A stretch of 63,751 nucleotides of DNA, counting the filler, from Octopus bimaculoides (lineage: Eukaryota), in assembly GCF_001194135.2 (NCBI RefSeq). It is 6 parts of 5 records of this genome, joined end to end, with 100 filler letters (N's around TTAATTAATTAA, not from the genome) between each part and the next. Parts side by side here need not be neighbours in the genome. Positions count along the whole stretch, not along the records: positions 1 to 10,147 come from NC_068982.1; positions 10,248 to 21,231 come from NC_068983.1; 4 more parts are not named here. One strand, 5' to 3'. Both the position numbers and the translations under genes were made by a program. Within the stretch, counting starts at the first letter, position 1, and every line of letters begins with the position of its first letter. Positions 1-12,321 of this stretch are shown here, piece by piece. The notes under the pieces were generated by a model. That model was not told the DNA's origin and did not search any database. It was given only the letters and a program-made list of their open reading frames with translations.

Positions 1-104
1 TTAATTAGTATGCAAAAATATCCGATAACTTCGTGTTAAAATAGTCGGAAAAGCTCAACTTACCTTGAAAGCTACGTGGAATTAATTTATCTGTTGGTTT
101 TTAC

Positions 105-149
<45 letters not shown>

Positions 150-536
150 GTGTGTATAAATGTATGTAAATCTTACCTGAAAAATAAAGAAAGAAACATT
201 ATATAGAATTAGCCAGGCTTGTGTGTGTGTGTGTCAGAGAGTTAGAGAGAGATAGAAAATTGTATTTTATCAAATTCATTGAATTTGTAGCTTCCAGTCA
301 CTGTAGACACTAATCAAAAGAAATAAAGTCGGAACAATGAATCAGTAACTGGACACAAAGTGAGACGTGTTAACTGACAAGATAGATGTTCAATGATTTA
401 TAAATCAACTCATGATGGCTGCGCTGGCGTATGGAACTAAAATAAAACAATTTCACTTGGAGACTAATTTCTTACGTTTGTTGAAGGAATAGTTTATTAA
501 TTATTCATTTATATATCTAACAAAAACACGAAGCTA

Positions 537-835
537 TAAATTTGGGGTAAGGGTAATAATGTCAACTATATGGATCCCAATATTATTCGTTAGCACAACG
601 GGCAAAATGCTTAGCGGTATTTCGTCCGTATTTACGTTCTGAGTTTAAATTCCGCAGAGGTAGACTTTGCCTTTCATCTTTCCGGGGTCGATAAAATAAG
701 TACCAGCTGAACTCTGAGGTCGTGTAAATCTACTTACTCCTCCCTCGAAATTGGTAGCCCTGTGCCAAAATTTGAAACCAATATTACTTGACTGGTATTT
801 CATTATATCGACCCTAATCCTTGACTAATACCATA
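537..835 (-). mobile_element. Degenerate tRNA-derived SINE (family A) interrupted by a nested SINE
   Basis: Pieces 541-585 and 787-835 match the reverse complement of the family A 3' half and are split by a plus-strand copy. Confidence 0.7.
586..786 (+). mobile_element. SINE family A, 5'-truncated, nested insertion
   Basis: Contains the B box gagtttaaattcc and the tail aaatttgaaaccaatatt. Flanked by CCAATATTA at 577-585 and 778-786. Confidence 0.85.
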
Positions 836-857
836 TATCCATATTTGACAACTGTAA

Positions 858-1057
858 AGCAATGAGCTTGGCAGAATCGTTAGCAAGTCTTTACCTTCTG
901 AGCTCAAACTCCACCCGAAGTCAACTTTGTCTTACATCCTTCCGCGGTCGATGAAATAAGTTTCAATGGGGCGCTGATGGGGGTCGGGAGTCGATGTAAT
1001 CGACTTTCTCTTTTCGTCGAACTTGCTGGCCTTGTGCCAAAATTTGAAACCAATATT
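858..1057 (+). mobile_element. SINE family A
   Basis: tggcagaatcgttag head, gagctcaaactcc B box, gtcgatgtaatcgact core, gaaaccaatatt tail. Confidence 0.85.
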
Positions 1058-1264
1058 TGGCTGGCGTTTTTTCATTGATCACCCACCCACGGAGGTACTT
1101 TTCAGTTAACCATGCTTCTAGTAAAGGGTCTATATTTTCATTCATGAATATCGATGTAGCCGAAATTTTGTAATAATTGACCTGTCGCTATCATCGTTAT
1201 TCTATTTCCGAAAATCCAATTTCTCACTTTCAGAAGACTGATGAAAAGAAGCTGGAATATGAAG

Positions 1265-1590
1265 TCCCCAACGCAGAAAACGGAACAAATACTGTAATGC
1301 ATTTTGCCTGATGGTTTTAACATTTTCGCCAATCTATCGACCTGTACTGGTACTTTAATTCTCAACCCCGAAAGGGTGGAAAGAAAAGTTAACTTCGGCA
1401 GGATTTGAACTCAGAGCATAGAGGTTCGGAACAAAAACAACAATACATTCTATCTGATGCTCTAACACCTCTGTCAATTCATTACCTTTGACCCTAAAAG
1501 GCTGTAAAGAAATCTTAGCTCAGTAGAATTTGCACTCAGAACATAAAGATTTGGTACTAAGTACCACAATGCACTTTATCTGACATCCTA
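1265..1590 (-). mobile_element. Cluster of degenerate SINE family A fragments
   Basis: Repeated ggatttgaactcagagcat / gaatttgcactcagaacat and aaatactgtaatgcatttt motifs match other minus-strand copies. Confidence 0.6.
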
Positions 1591-2857
1591 TTGTTTTATA
1601 TTTGAAGACTCACCTTCTACTTAAAAATTTGAAACCCCTCATCTCTGGTTTAAATAGCTAAAAACCATCTAACCTGAAGATTCAGCTACTGCACATGCAT
1701 AATCGTTGGAACTGGAAAAGGTGTGTGTGTATGTGGGGGGAGAATAAAATTAATATAAGAAAGTCAGTTTGTATTGTGGGTTAAGTTCCACGAATACTGT
1801 ATTCTACTTGCCTCACTACACCCAATTGTAAAGAATAGACTTCTAAACTTCTGGAATTTATTACACTCAAGAAAAGACCATCAGAATATATAGAAACGAC
1901 TGATTTTGACACAAGTCAACAAGGGAGCGTTTAGGCGATCGCGTCGTTGTGTCTGCTAGACATAATAACCAAATCCCCCTTATAGATTACCATTAAAATA
2001 GAACGAAAATTTAGAAAAAAAAACAAAAGGAGATATTAAATGAAGTTCGTCTGAAAAACAAAACAAAAGGCCTGGATAACCAAGGTCGTAACATGATTGA
2101 TAATAAGTCAGCTCAAAAGCTGACGTTAAATACCTAAATATTATTTCTATGAAGAAAGAAGCCTGTAAAATCATTGCTTTCATTAACAACACAGCGATGG
2201 GATACGGGAAGTACCAAAAGATTAAAAATAATTTTTTTCAAGTTAACCACAAAGTAAAAATTAATAAACAAAACCGTTTCTCTTACGATATTCAAGGGTG
2301 TGCAGACAAACGTGCAAACGCTTTTCATATGTAATTACACTCGCAAGCTTATGCTGAACGTCTATAACTAACAATGAAAATTCTAGTGACAATGACACAT
2401 ACAATAATTTCCTTAGAATTTTTTTCAAAAGTAAAATACTATTTGTAACACGCTTTTTTTGTTAGTACTACCTTGCAGTATTTCTTAGTATGCGGTTAAC
2501 GGCGGTGTATCTATGAATGTGTATGCTTGTATATAAATATATACACCTACTCATATGTATGTTACATATATGTGTATGTACACACACCTATATATAATGA
2601 GTGTTATATGTATGTATGCATGTATGTATGTATGTACGCATAGTGTCCACAAATTTCTTATATAGTTTCCACATCACGAATTCTGAAGTGTACACTTCTT
2701 AGTTTGTAATGAGAATTGGAAAGAATAAAGAATTATGAGTAGAATATTTTAGTTTCTAGAACTTGTAGTCACATGAAAATTTGAGAACGTTTACTAACAT
2801 ACATTTCCTCTCATTCTTTCTCTTTCTCCATATGTGTGTGAAACCATTTATCGTACT

Positions 2858-2890
<33 letters not shown>

Positions 2891-3194
2891 CCTTGCACAA
2901 ACACACATAGGTGAAAGAAAAAAATGATAGGTAGGGAGAAAATTTTTTATATGAGTAAGACAAAATTTTTTTTATTTACGTTTATAAAAACGAAAAAGAA
3001 ATAAAAATTTTCATTACTGCTTTATTTATTTATTTCCTTTCCTCTCTTTCCATTTTCGAATAACAAAGTAGTAAAGAAACTTAAAATAACTTAAAATGCA
3101 ACAGTAAAATTTCTATTGAAATATTTTTGTAATATAGATAGTTCGAAATAAACTCCGGTGTGTATTATTCTGGTGTAACTCATCTAAAATTGCT

Positions 3195-3320
<126 letters not shown>

Positions 3321-3799
3321 CTGCAGGATAATTCTGTGGAAGAAATCAAATGGAAATATAATAGTAGAGAAAAATACTAAATTAGGGAATACTGAGAACT
3401 TGAAGCTTACTGGAAGCCTAAGCTATAATTCAATATATATTACGAACGTATCGTCTTACAAAATCCTTATGATATTTGAGTATCTAAGCGTAGTGAAATG
3501 ACAACATCGGTAGAATATCTGATGTGCCACCTTGCAGTATTGAGTTGTGCCTGTTTATGTTTTGAGTTCGAATCAGTTTGAGGACGACTCTGCCTTTTAC
3601 TCTCCTAGAATGGCCATTAAAATAGCAATCAAGTACGGGTCTCCAGTAAAAAATGTGTGGCCTTGTTCTTATGTGGCATTCTCCCAATGTCATTTTCTGT
3701 ACCTATTTATGCATGGTATACGAAGAGGCACGGCATAAAAGACGGCCATGAAGTAAATCATATTCCATTCATCCTCCATTTATAATTAAGTTTACGTTT

Positions 3800-4222
3800 A
3801 GGCCCAGGCTTATCTGTGTGCTGAAGAAGATCGTTTTGCAAGCACACAGTTTTGGGTTCAGTCCCACTGCGTAGCACTTTGGATGTCTTCTACTGTAGTT
3901 CCGGGCCGACCAACGTCTTGGGAGTGAATTTGGTTGAGGGAATCTGAGTGGAAGCCCGTCTTATATACATATAGGTGTGCGCGTGTATGTGTGTGCGTGC
4001 GTGCGTATGTGCGTGTGTCTTTGTGTTTGTCCCCAGCCCACACGACAATCGTGGTCCTTGGTCCTCGTAACATAGATGTTCGGCAAAAAAAACAAAAAAA
4101 AATGACAGAATAATTATCAAACTTAAAATACAAGCATTGGGAGCGACTTGTTCGACTCATCCCTTCAAGGCGGTGCCCCAGCATGGCCGCAGTCCAATGA
4201 ATGAAACAAATAAGATATAAAA
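3800..4222 (+). mobile_element. SINE family B, near full length, diverged
   Basis: tRNA-like head with gggttcagtcccactgcg, internal (TG)-rich tract, and 3' end ccagcatggccgcagtccaatgaatgaaacaaataa shared with the other family B copies. Confidence 0.9.
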
Positions 4223-6274
4223 TGTAACAAATGATAAAATGACGTGGGTGAAAACGATTCGATTTCCAGTCATAGGCATTTCATTTCACATACTAAGGCA
4301 ACAGAAATAATTCATTTTTGTTGATTCAATTTTATTTAATACTCGTCTTTTCAATTGCGAACTTTATATTAAACTAGTTTCGAAATTTTATTTGTATTGC
4401 TCAATCAACAATTGTAATTACCTGTTTAAGTTAACTACAATCATGTTTTAAACTTAGAAATATGAAGAAATAATTTCAGTGAAAAATATAAAAATAAAGA
4501 AAAAAAAACAAAAGAAAAATGTTAGGTGAATGTGATTATTCCGAAACTTCACCTTTATTACAATTTAATGGAGCTTTTGTGAATAATTATATTTTATAAA
4601 ATGACAGATTTAGCTGTATAATTTTTTTTATATGTGCTCTTGTTAGATGGCAGTTAACTTCCAACACGGAAAGGTTCCCCATTTCTTGTATAAAGATTGA
4701 ATAAATTTAAATACTAGCAATTTATGTACGTCTGTATATATGAAAATCAGTCAACCTCCCATACACACATACACTCACACGCATTTGCTTATAGATATCA
4801 CATTATGTATTATATTGAATTATATATATATATGCTTGGGCTTATAAATATAATGTATATATATGTGTGTGTGTGCGTGCATATAATATATACAGAGAGA
4901 CAGAGAGAAAGTTTGGCAGAGGGATAGATAAAAACAAAGATTGATAGGTAGGCTTATTGACAGATAGATTGATAGCTAGATAAACATGCATGCATACGTC
5001 ATACGTACATATATCATACATGATGTATTCACATATACATGCGCGAATGCATTTAGCCAATACCCATATATTAAACGAATTGAAAGAAATGAAGTGAATT
5101 TCTTTCTTTATTTTTGTTTTTGTCTTCTTCCATCTAACCAATTTACTCGATTCTTCTTGCCCATTTCTCTCTGACTCATCCGACCACGCAACAAGGGAGC
5201 ATTTCCCTGCAGCTAGCCAACCGATCAATACTTTGAAATCTGTTGCTTCAAACCCCAACCTGCCACATTGGCCAACCATGTCTCTTCTGTGCCAGAAAAG
5301 ATTCTTCCCTAAAGATTATTTGGCAGAATGATCATTCCATTAGTTGTTTAAGGTTAATGAAACTTTATTCATTACCTAAGTGGCACATTCTTTTGGAAAA
5401 CACTATTTGATCAGTTATTTGATTTCGTACAAAAACAAAACAAATAAAAGAACACAAAGAATAAAGAAATATATGAGCTGTTAGAAGCAAGCATACAAAG
5501 TACTTTTGTTGTGTGTCTTTTAGTGCATATATATTAGGTTATATGGCTGTCATTCGCTGTTTGAATGAATGTGTGTATGCGTGCTAGCGTGTGTAAGAGC
5601 GAGTAAGAGAAAGCAGAGAGAAAAGTTTAGGCGCTAGGTCTGAATAACACTAGCTGGAACAGAATACATGCATAAAGCCAAATTGATATTCTTATCCTTA
5701 ACGTGAAGTCTTTTATTAACTTACGTATTTAAAACAAATAAATTGGCAGAAACTACGAGATACATAGTATTCTATCACCTTTACATTTCTACTAATGTAT
5801 TACCTACACTTTTGTTAAATAATATTAATATACATTATGATGTATATAGATTCCCTGGGCGCTCATTTTGACTAATGTTCACATGTGTTTTCTTATATAA
5901 TGATATGTACATCCCTTAATCTTAGTGTAGTCCCCAAAAGGAATCTTATATAATATAGTTCGTTACATATGGAAAACGCAACTCAGAAATGAACACTAAC
6001 ACTAATGCTTTACTCGAGGCATTGCATGGTTAGGCAGGATTAATGCTAGCAATGCATAGATTGATGCGTTCTAAGTAAAGTCTCTAGCGAGAATACATTA
6101 GCGCATAGCGGATGGATTTAGTTCTGAGGAAGAAAGAGATTTACTTTTGGGAAAAGAGTTGCTGAAATAAGAGACATTCTATATAGCTAGTTATTTGTGT
6201 GATGCAATAGAAATGAGTAAGGCACAGAAGTATTGGGTGAAGGTTGAGAACATGGAAGTCATTTTTGCTAAGAC

Positions 6275-6528
6275 CTGTGGTTCTCAACCATTTTTTGCCA
6301 ATAGATCCCTTTAATTTCTATTTTACTCGGGTGGACACTCAGAGCCATTTGATATTTAAAAGAAACCTTATTGTATATTTATAATTAAATATCATCAGGA
6401 ATTGTATAGAAAAATTGTTAAAATATTTTGTGTAATGTAGAAGTATAACCAATTTATTGCACATAAATTTCAACAACAAAATCTTATATGGACCTAAAAG
6501 GGTCATATGGACCACAGTTGAACAACTG
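6275..6528. mobile_element. hAT (Charlie-like) MITE
   Basis: Left end ctgtggttctcaacc and right end gttgaacaactg resemble the CAGTGGTTCTCAAC hAT TIR. Imperfect 8-bp TSD gctaagac (6267-6274) / acttagac (6529-6536). Confidence 0.65.
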
Positions 6529-6894
6529 ACTTAGACTGGTATAATCCAGTAGCTGATCAAAGGCTAAAGATATGACTATGTGGTCAGTGGATGCCAACTG
6601 CTTAAGAAATCAGCATCATAAATGCATGACAACATTATATACCCAGTATTTAATATATCAACATTTAATAAAGAAAAATATGGGCGATACTGTGTCAAAA
6701 TGTATAGGTGATAGAGCAATAAAGTAAGTGCATATATTATTTGCCTCTACGCTCTTTGTAAAAATTGGGTCTGGATTGGCTTCGACATTTTTCTTCCAGT
6801 TTAGAGAGAATTTGCACCAGCTCTACAGTGCAGTCGTTACATCGATTTATATCTCAACTCTAAGGAAAAGAAAAAAAAGGTTTACATAAAAAAA

Positions 6895-7060
6895 CACTAT
6901 GGCAAAAGCGTTTGAGCGTCGAACAAAATATTTTGTACTACGTTCCGGCTCAATACGCCATTTGTTCAAATCCTGTCATCTTCACCTTTTATCCTTCATG
7001 GGTTCGACAGAATAAAGTACTAGTCAAATACGGGAGTTGGATGTAATTGACTATCCACCA
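6895..7060 (+). mobile_element. Degenerate SINE family A
   Basis: cctttatccttcatgggttcgacagaataaagtactagtca...gatgtaattgact matches the family A 3' half. Confidence 0.65.
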
Positions 7061-7397
7061 TCTATTAGTCATATTTAGTGTCATTAGTGCAACACTGCTT
7101 AACACCAATCAGATTTGGATTAAAACTTATGGATTTTCTTGAGAAACATTTACAAGCTGTCATCTTATAAGGGTGAAGTACCATATTTGCAAAGTTCGAG
7201 CTATGGTACTGCACTCCTGTCTTATCTGAAAGCCACTCCAAGATTGACAAATGATTTGATCCTTTAAAGACTGAGATCGAACCCTTTGGGAGACTGAGGG
7301 ATTTATATATTATCAATACATACTCATTCATTTCGAACTATAAGTAAAACTGGCAATAATAAATCTCTGAACGAGGTATAAACAGTAGCTGCACGAC

Positions 7398-7480
7398 AAC
7401 GTGAATTATATTTGGTACTTAAATGTGGCTAACCACTCATAGTGGTAAGCCACATTTAAGTGGCAAATATACTTCACGTT
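7398..7480. repeat. 40-bp-arm palindrome with 3-nt loop
   Basis: Arms 7398-7437 and 7441-7480 are reverse complements with 4 mismatches. Confidence 0.92.
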
Positions 7481-7584
7481 ATAAGTAAAACTGTTTCACA
7501 TGAAGTCAATATAAATTGGAATTAATTAGCAACAAACTCAAAATACCATTCGATACTACTAACGTATTCTATTTTTAAAACCAG

Positions 7585-7619
<35 letters not shown>

Positions 7620-7624
7620 CTTAA

Positions 7625-7747
7625 ATTTATAGCAAACAAAAGACAGATGAGGGAACAAGCAGATGTATTAGTTTGAAGCTTGGAGAGAATGGATAAGTTT
7701 TGACGTTTCGAGCCTACGCTCTTTGACAGAAAGGGATGAGAACAAAA

Positions 7748-7752
<5 letters not shown>
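7625..7752 (-). mobile_element. Short dispersed repeat (Penelope terminal-repeat-like), copy 1
   Basis: Reverse complement reads ccctttctgtcaaagagcgtaggctcgaaacgtc...aaactaatacatctgcttgtt. Homologous to 9395-9555 and 46990-47150. Confidence 0.75.

Positions 7753-7833
<81 letters not shown>
7752..7833. repeat. (GA)n microsatellite
   Basis: Direct reading. Confidence 0.98.
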
Positions 7834-7836
<3 letters not shown>

Positions 7837-8224
7837 GTGTCGGGATGAACGGTTCTACATGTTGAAATGCCCACTCATACGCAAGCGCGCGTGCACGCAC
7901 ACACATGTCGCTCTTTGTGCAGTAGCGTTTAGGCCACCACTATACCGCCGCCATTACTATGCACATTGTGTAGTCACCAAAATCGACCCAACTCTGATAG
8001 TAATACACCAATTTAGCCACAGGCAACTAACTGGAACTTGTAAAAGTGCGTGCATGCATGTATACATACATATACACACATGTATACACCCACGCTCACA
8101 ATTTTATCGTTAAAAATAAAATCTTACAAATTTTTTTTAGTTCATTTAGTAACCTGAAATAGTTTCTGGTTCAAGAGATCAGAATTCCAAATTTAGCTCG
8201 TTAATAAATTCATCAACAGCAGTG

Positions 8225-8595
8225 AAGACAGTGGTGAAAACGATAACAATGGTGGAATGACTAATAATGATGATGATATTGATGGTGATGGTTATGGTGG
8301 TGGAGGATTGTAAAGATAGATGCGCTACTGATGACAGTGGTGGTGCTGGTGCGAAAACAATGGACATAATGATGGTATTCCTGATGGTAAAGGCGACAAT
8401 GGCGGTGGTGTTGATTGTAAAGGATCTTCATAATGACGGTGGCCGTAGTGGTTTTAATGGCGATTGGGACACTGCTTGTGGTGGTAGTGGTGATGGTGGT
8501 AATGTTTTTATCTTTTGTGTATTTTGTTCTTATATGGATGGCGTTGACGACGGATGATGATAATGATGATGATGAAGACAACGATGATGATGAAT
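8225..8595. repeat. Degenerate (GAT/GGT)n low-complexity tract
   Basis: Direct reading. It explains the overlapping low-complexity ORFs on both strands. Confidence 0.85.
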
Positions 8596-9394
8596 GTGCG
8601 TAGATGCGATGGTGGTTTTGGCAGAATCGAAATTGAATTTGCAGTCCAATGTGCTTTCAGTTAACAAGTTTCTTTGGCAAAGCTTAAATGACTTCATCAG
8701 GGAAGGAAAAAAAAAAAACAAGACAAAAAATAAGATTTTTACCCTCTCATTTCTATCTCTGTTTTTTGCCAATATCTACATCTCAAACATTGCCTACAAC
8801 TCACTCATCCCTCCTCTCTCTCCTTCTCTTTTTTATTTTTACTCTCTGTTCTCTTTCTTTCTGTCTTCAACATTCCCATACACTGCTNNNNNNNNNNNNN
8901 NNNNNNNNNNNNNNNNNNNNNNNNNNNNNNNNNNNNNNNNNNNNNNNNNNNNNNNNNNNNNNNNNNNNNNNNNNNNNNNNNNNNNNNNNNNNNNNNNNNN
9001 NNNNNNNNNNNNNNNNNNNNNNNNNNNNNNNNNNNNNNNNNNNNNNNNNNNNNNNNNNNNNNNNNNNNNNNNNNNNNNNNNNNNNNNNNNNNNNNNNNNN
9101 NNNNNNNNNNNNNNNNNNNNNNNNNNNNNNNNNNNNNNNNNNNNNNNNNNNNNNNNNNNNNNNNNNNNNNNNNNNNNNNNNNNNNNNNNNNNNNNNNNNN
9201 NNNNNNNNNNNNNNNNNNNNNNNNNNNNNNNNNNNNNNNNNNNNNNNNNNNNNNNNNNNNNNNNNNNNNNNNNNNNNNNNNNNNNNNNNNNNNNNNNNNN
9301 NNNNNNNNNNNNNNNNNNNNNNNNNNNNNNNNNNNNNNNNNNNNNNTATATCATCATTATTATGATTGACCGTTGACTGAACACTATTCAATTT

Positions 9395-9554
9395 TTTTTC
9401 TCCGTGTTTTTCTCCTTGTCTCCGTATTCTTTCTGTTGAAGAGCGTAGCTCGAAACGTCAAAGACTTTCCGTATTCCCGAGCGTCATACTAATATATACT
9501 TTTGTTATTTACACCACCTGTCCTCGTCTGTTGTTATTTTTTGTATATTCTCCC

Positions 9555-9555
<1 letters not shown>
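9395..9555 (+). mobile_element. Short dispersed repeat (Penelope terminal-repeat-like), copy 2
   Basis: tctttctgttgaagagcgtagctcgaaacgtcaaagactttcc...actaatatatac. Homologous to the copies at 7.7 and 47.0 kb. Confidence 0.75.
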
Positions 9556-9594
<39 letters not shown>

Positions 9595-9801
9595 TTGTGT
9601 GTGTCTGTGTGTTTAAATTCAGCGATTTCTTCATGCCAGATATACTCGGAGTTTGAAGCCAAAAGCTGTCGTCGAGACAGCATGAACCATCGATTTACAA
9701 TAGCGAGTTTAAACAAATATATGAACCCTGTTATATAGACTGAGTATTTTATTACCGTTTGTATTTCGAGGTGTATTCACACAAACACACACACACGTAC
9801 A

Positions 9802-9840
<39 letters not shown>

Positions 9841-9989
9841 TTGCCAAGGAGCAAATAGTACTTTGTACTACCAAGAGAGAACTGAACATCAGTTAATTGT
9901 AAAGATTTATTGTGGGAATTTGAAAGTTCAATGCTCAACAGTTGTTCGAACTTTTGAAGTCTCATTATGTATGTGTGCATGTATGTATG

Positions 9990-10023
<34 letters not shown>

Positions 10024-10147
10024 TGTATTCGTATGTACATAGAGGCATATATACAAACATATGTACACACACACATATTTAACACCACATGTTCTCTTTG
10101 TTACTGCTTCTCTCTCTTGTACGTACATCTATTCTTTTTTTCTTTCA

Positions 10148-10247
10148 NNNNNNNNNNNNNNNNNNNNNNNNNNNNNNNNNNNNNNNNNNNNTTAATTAAT
10201 TAANNNNNNNNNNNNNNNNNNNNNNNNNNNNNNNNNNNNNNNNNNNN
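10148..10247. other. Assembly spacer N44-TTAATTAATTAA-N44 (12-mer also at 21276, 52658, 58977, 62221)
   Basis: The same 12-mer, which has stops in all six frames, sits between N runs five times; 44+12+44 = 100 bp here. Artificial gap filler. Confidence 0.95.
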
Positions 10248-11651
10248 ATATATAGTTCTCTACGCTGTAAGTTTAAAACCCTATTGAGATCAATTTTGCC
10301 TTTCATCACTTTATAAAGTGATAAATTTATTTATAAATAAAATACCTATCCTATACTCACTAACTCTTTTTTCCTGTCGGTATGTCTATTCTCGGAAATG
10401 AAAAACGGTTGTGATCAATCTTGAAGAGGGGTGCACAAAACGCCAAATGTTACGACGGATTCCTTACAATTTCATTGCAAGTTGAGAGCCTGCTGTATTT
10501 AGTGTTGGTCTTCGTAGCCGTGGTATGTGATACAGATGTAGTGCAATTTTCATGAAACTGGTATTGAAAACTATTCATTGTTTAGACTCCTTTGGATTGC
10601 TTTGGATTGGATAAACGTAGCTATCATAGACTGCAATTGTATGAAAAAGGTGTTTCACCGTGTGGCCATTTTGTGAATACTATTTCGCTAAGTAGTTGTA
10701 AATTCCCATGCTCTAATAGTGGCCGTCTGCGTCACCCGAAAATATTAGAACAAACGTTCGTACATGATAAGCTAACAATGTTTTATTGAATAGTTAGTGT
10801 TTGTATAAGACAGAAATGAGACACAAAAGTTCAGCTATCGCTAGTTAGAGGGAACGTGGTAGTAGTAAAGTTCTAAATTTTGAAACAAAAAGTTATACCA
10901 GAATATTCGCACGTAAAAATGCTGTATTGGAGATTGACGTTCAGAGTATGACAGAAATGAAATTGCGAGCTGTAAATCTGGTTTGATGGGCACCAACACT
11001 GGAATAAATTGCATATCGAACAGTGATAATTGTTCGTGTTCACACAGTAATTGTCAGTACAACCTGAAAATTTGTGAAGAAGACGTAAACACGTGGCAAG
11101 TTAACACTGTTGCAGTGTATAGTAAGTGTAAGTGTAAGATAGAACTGAATCTGCGAAATATAACCTCTGCTGGTATTCGTTAACCTCGCAATTGATTGAC
11201 AAACAGATCTTTTCCTTTGGAAAAATTTCTGATTTATTTTGTGAACATGCATTTAGATGACACGAATAGGGAAAATGTTAAATAGACGAATTATCATGAA
11301 GATTAACCGAAATCTGCTGCCAATGATTTTGTAACATTTAGTGTGATGTTACAGGCTGTGCTTCCTATAAAGATTCAATACAGGAACAAGGATTTTCCGA
11401 CAGAAGCAAATTGATATAGGAAATCCAATTGTCAGATAAACACCTACATGTAGAGCTTAAGAAAATCTCCCTGAAAGTATAATGTAAATAAAGTTTATAA
11501 AAACATTAGTTTCGCCTTGTGCGTTTACAAGCCTATAAAGCTATTCGTAGGAAAGCCTACGAAGAAGCTCTCTTCCGAGGGTAACATAACACACACTTTA
11601 GCATGTAGCCACTGTTTACCTGAAATCTGGACCACTGAACGGTGAACGGGA

Positions 11652-12321
11652 TGCAAAAATTTTTTTACCACGAGAGTTCCAGACCCCAGTTATGAACTCA
11701 TTTGCATACAGCCAATCAGAGCTCAACTATCAAACTAGAGTCCACCTAGTCACGAAAATACTCTGGTTGAGTTCAGGGGAAAATGTGCGTTACAGCAAAA
11801 TCTAACTGTTCTAAACGGGTTAATAGGGGTGACAAATGTGGAATTTAATGTATAAAGTGAATGGAGAGCTGCTCACCGATGATGCCATAAGTGTTGCCAA
11901 TTTGCGTAATTTACTAGAAAATAAGTGTAGTTTCCTCTTTTTTGACAGATTTTGTACATTCCTAATTTGAAATGTTGGTGTTGATCTAGAAACATCGTAA
12001 TCAATATGGAATTGTGTCGTATTGCGCCCTCCTTGCATATATCAATGGATACATGCAGTACCACTAATTTCAGTCTGAGCATAGGTACCTAATGTTAGCT
12101 CCATATAGAGAGAGTGCTCAATTGTTCTATAAGGATGGGGGGTGCGGTACTTATGTGAGACCTGCTATGCTGTACTTACAGAGTGGCATACACCTTTCTA
12201 TGCCTGATTGGCTGTACTGCAGTAGTATACAGTATGTGGATTTTCAAGGTGAACTCTGATTGGCTGTATGCAAATGAATTCATTACTCTGGTCCGGAACT
12301 ATCGTGGGGAAAAAATTTCAC
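11652..12321. mobile_element. Non-autonomous TIR transposon (Mutator- or hAT-like)
   Basis: ~70-bp inverted repeats at 11657-11727 and 12249-12318 (roughly 80-85% identical by eye). Direct repeat GAACGGGA at 11644-11651 and 12322-12329 is a candidate 8-9-bp TSD. Confidence 0.8.

Noticed and set aside
1234-1293. Apparent 60-nt in-frame exon KTDEKKLEYEVPNAENGTNT with a good acceptor
   Set aside because: Its 3' half and the donor lie within a degenerate minus-strand SINE fragment, and the donor is weak.
10192-10203. TTAATTAATTAA islands between N runs (five occurrences)
   Set aside because: Artificial six-frame-stop gap filler, not biology.
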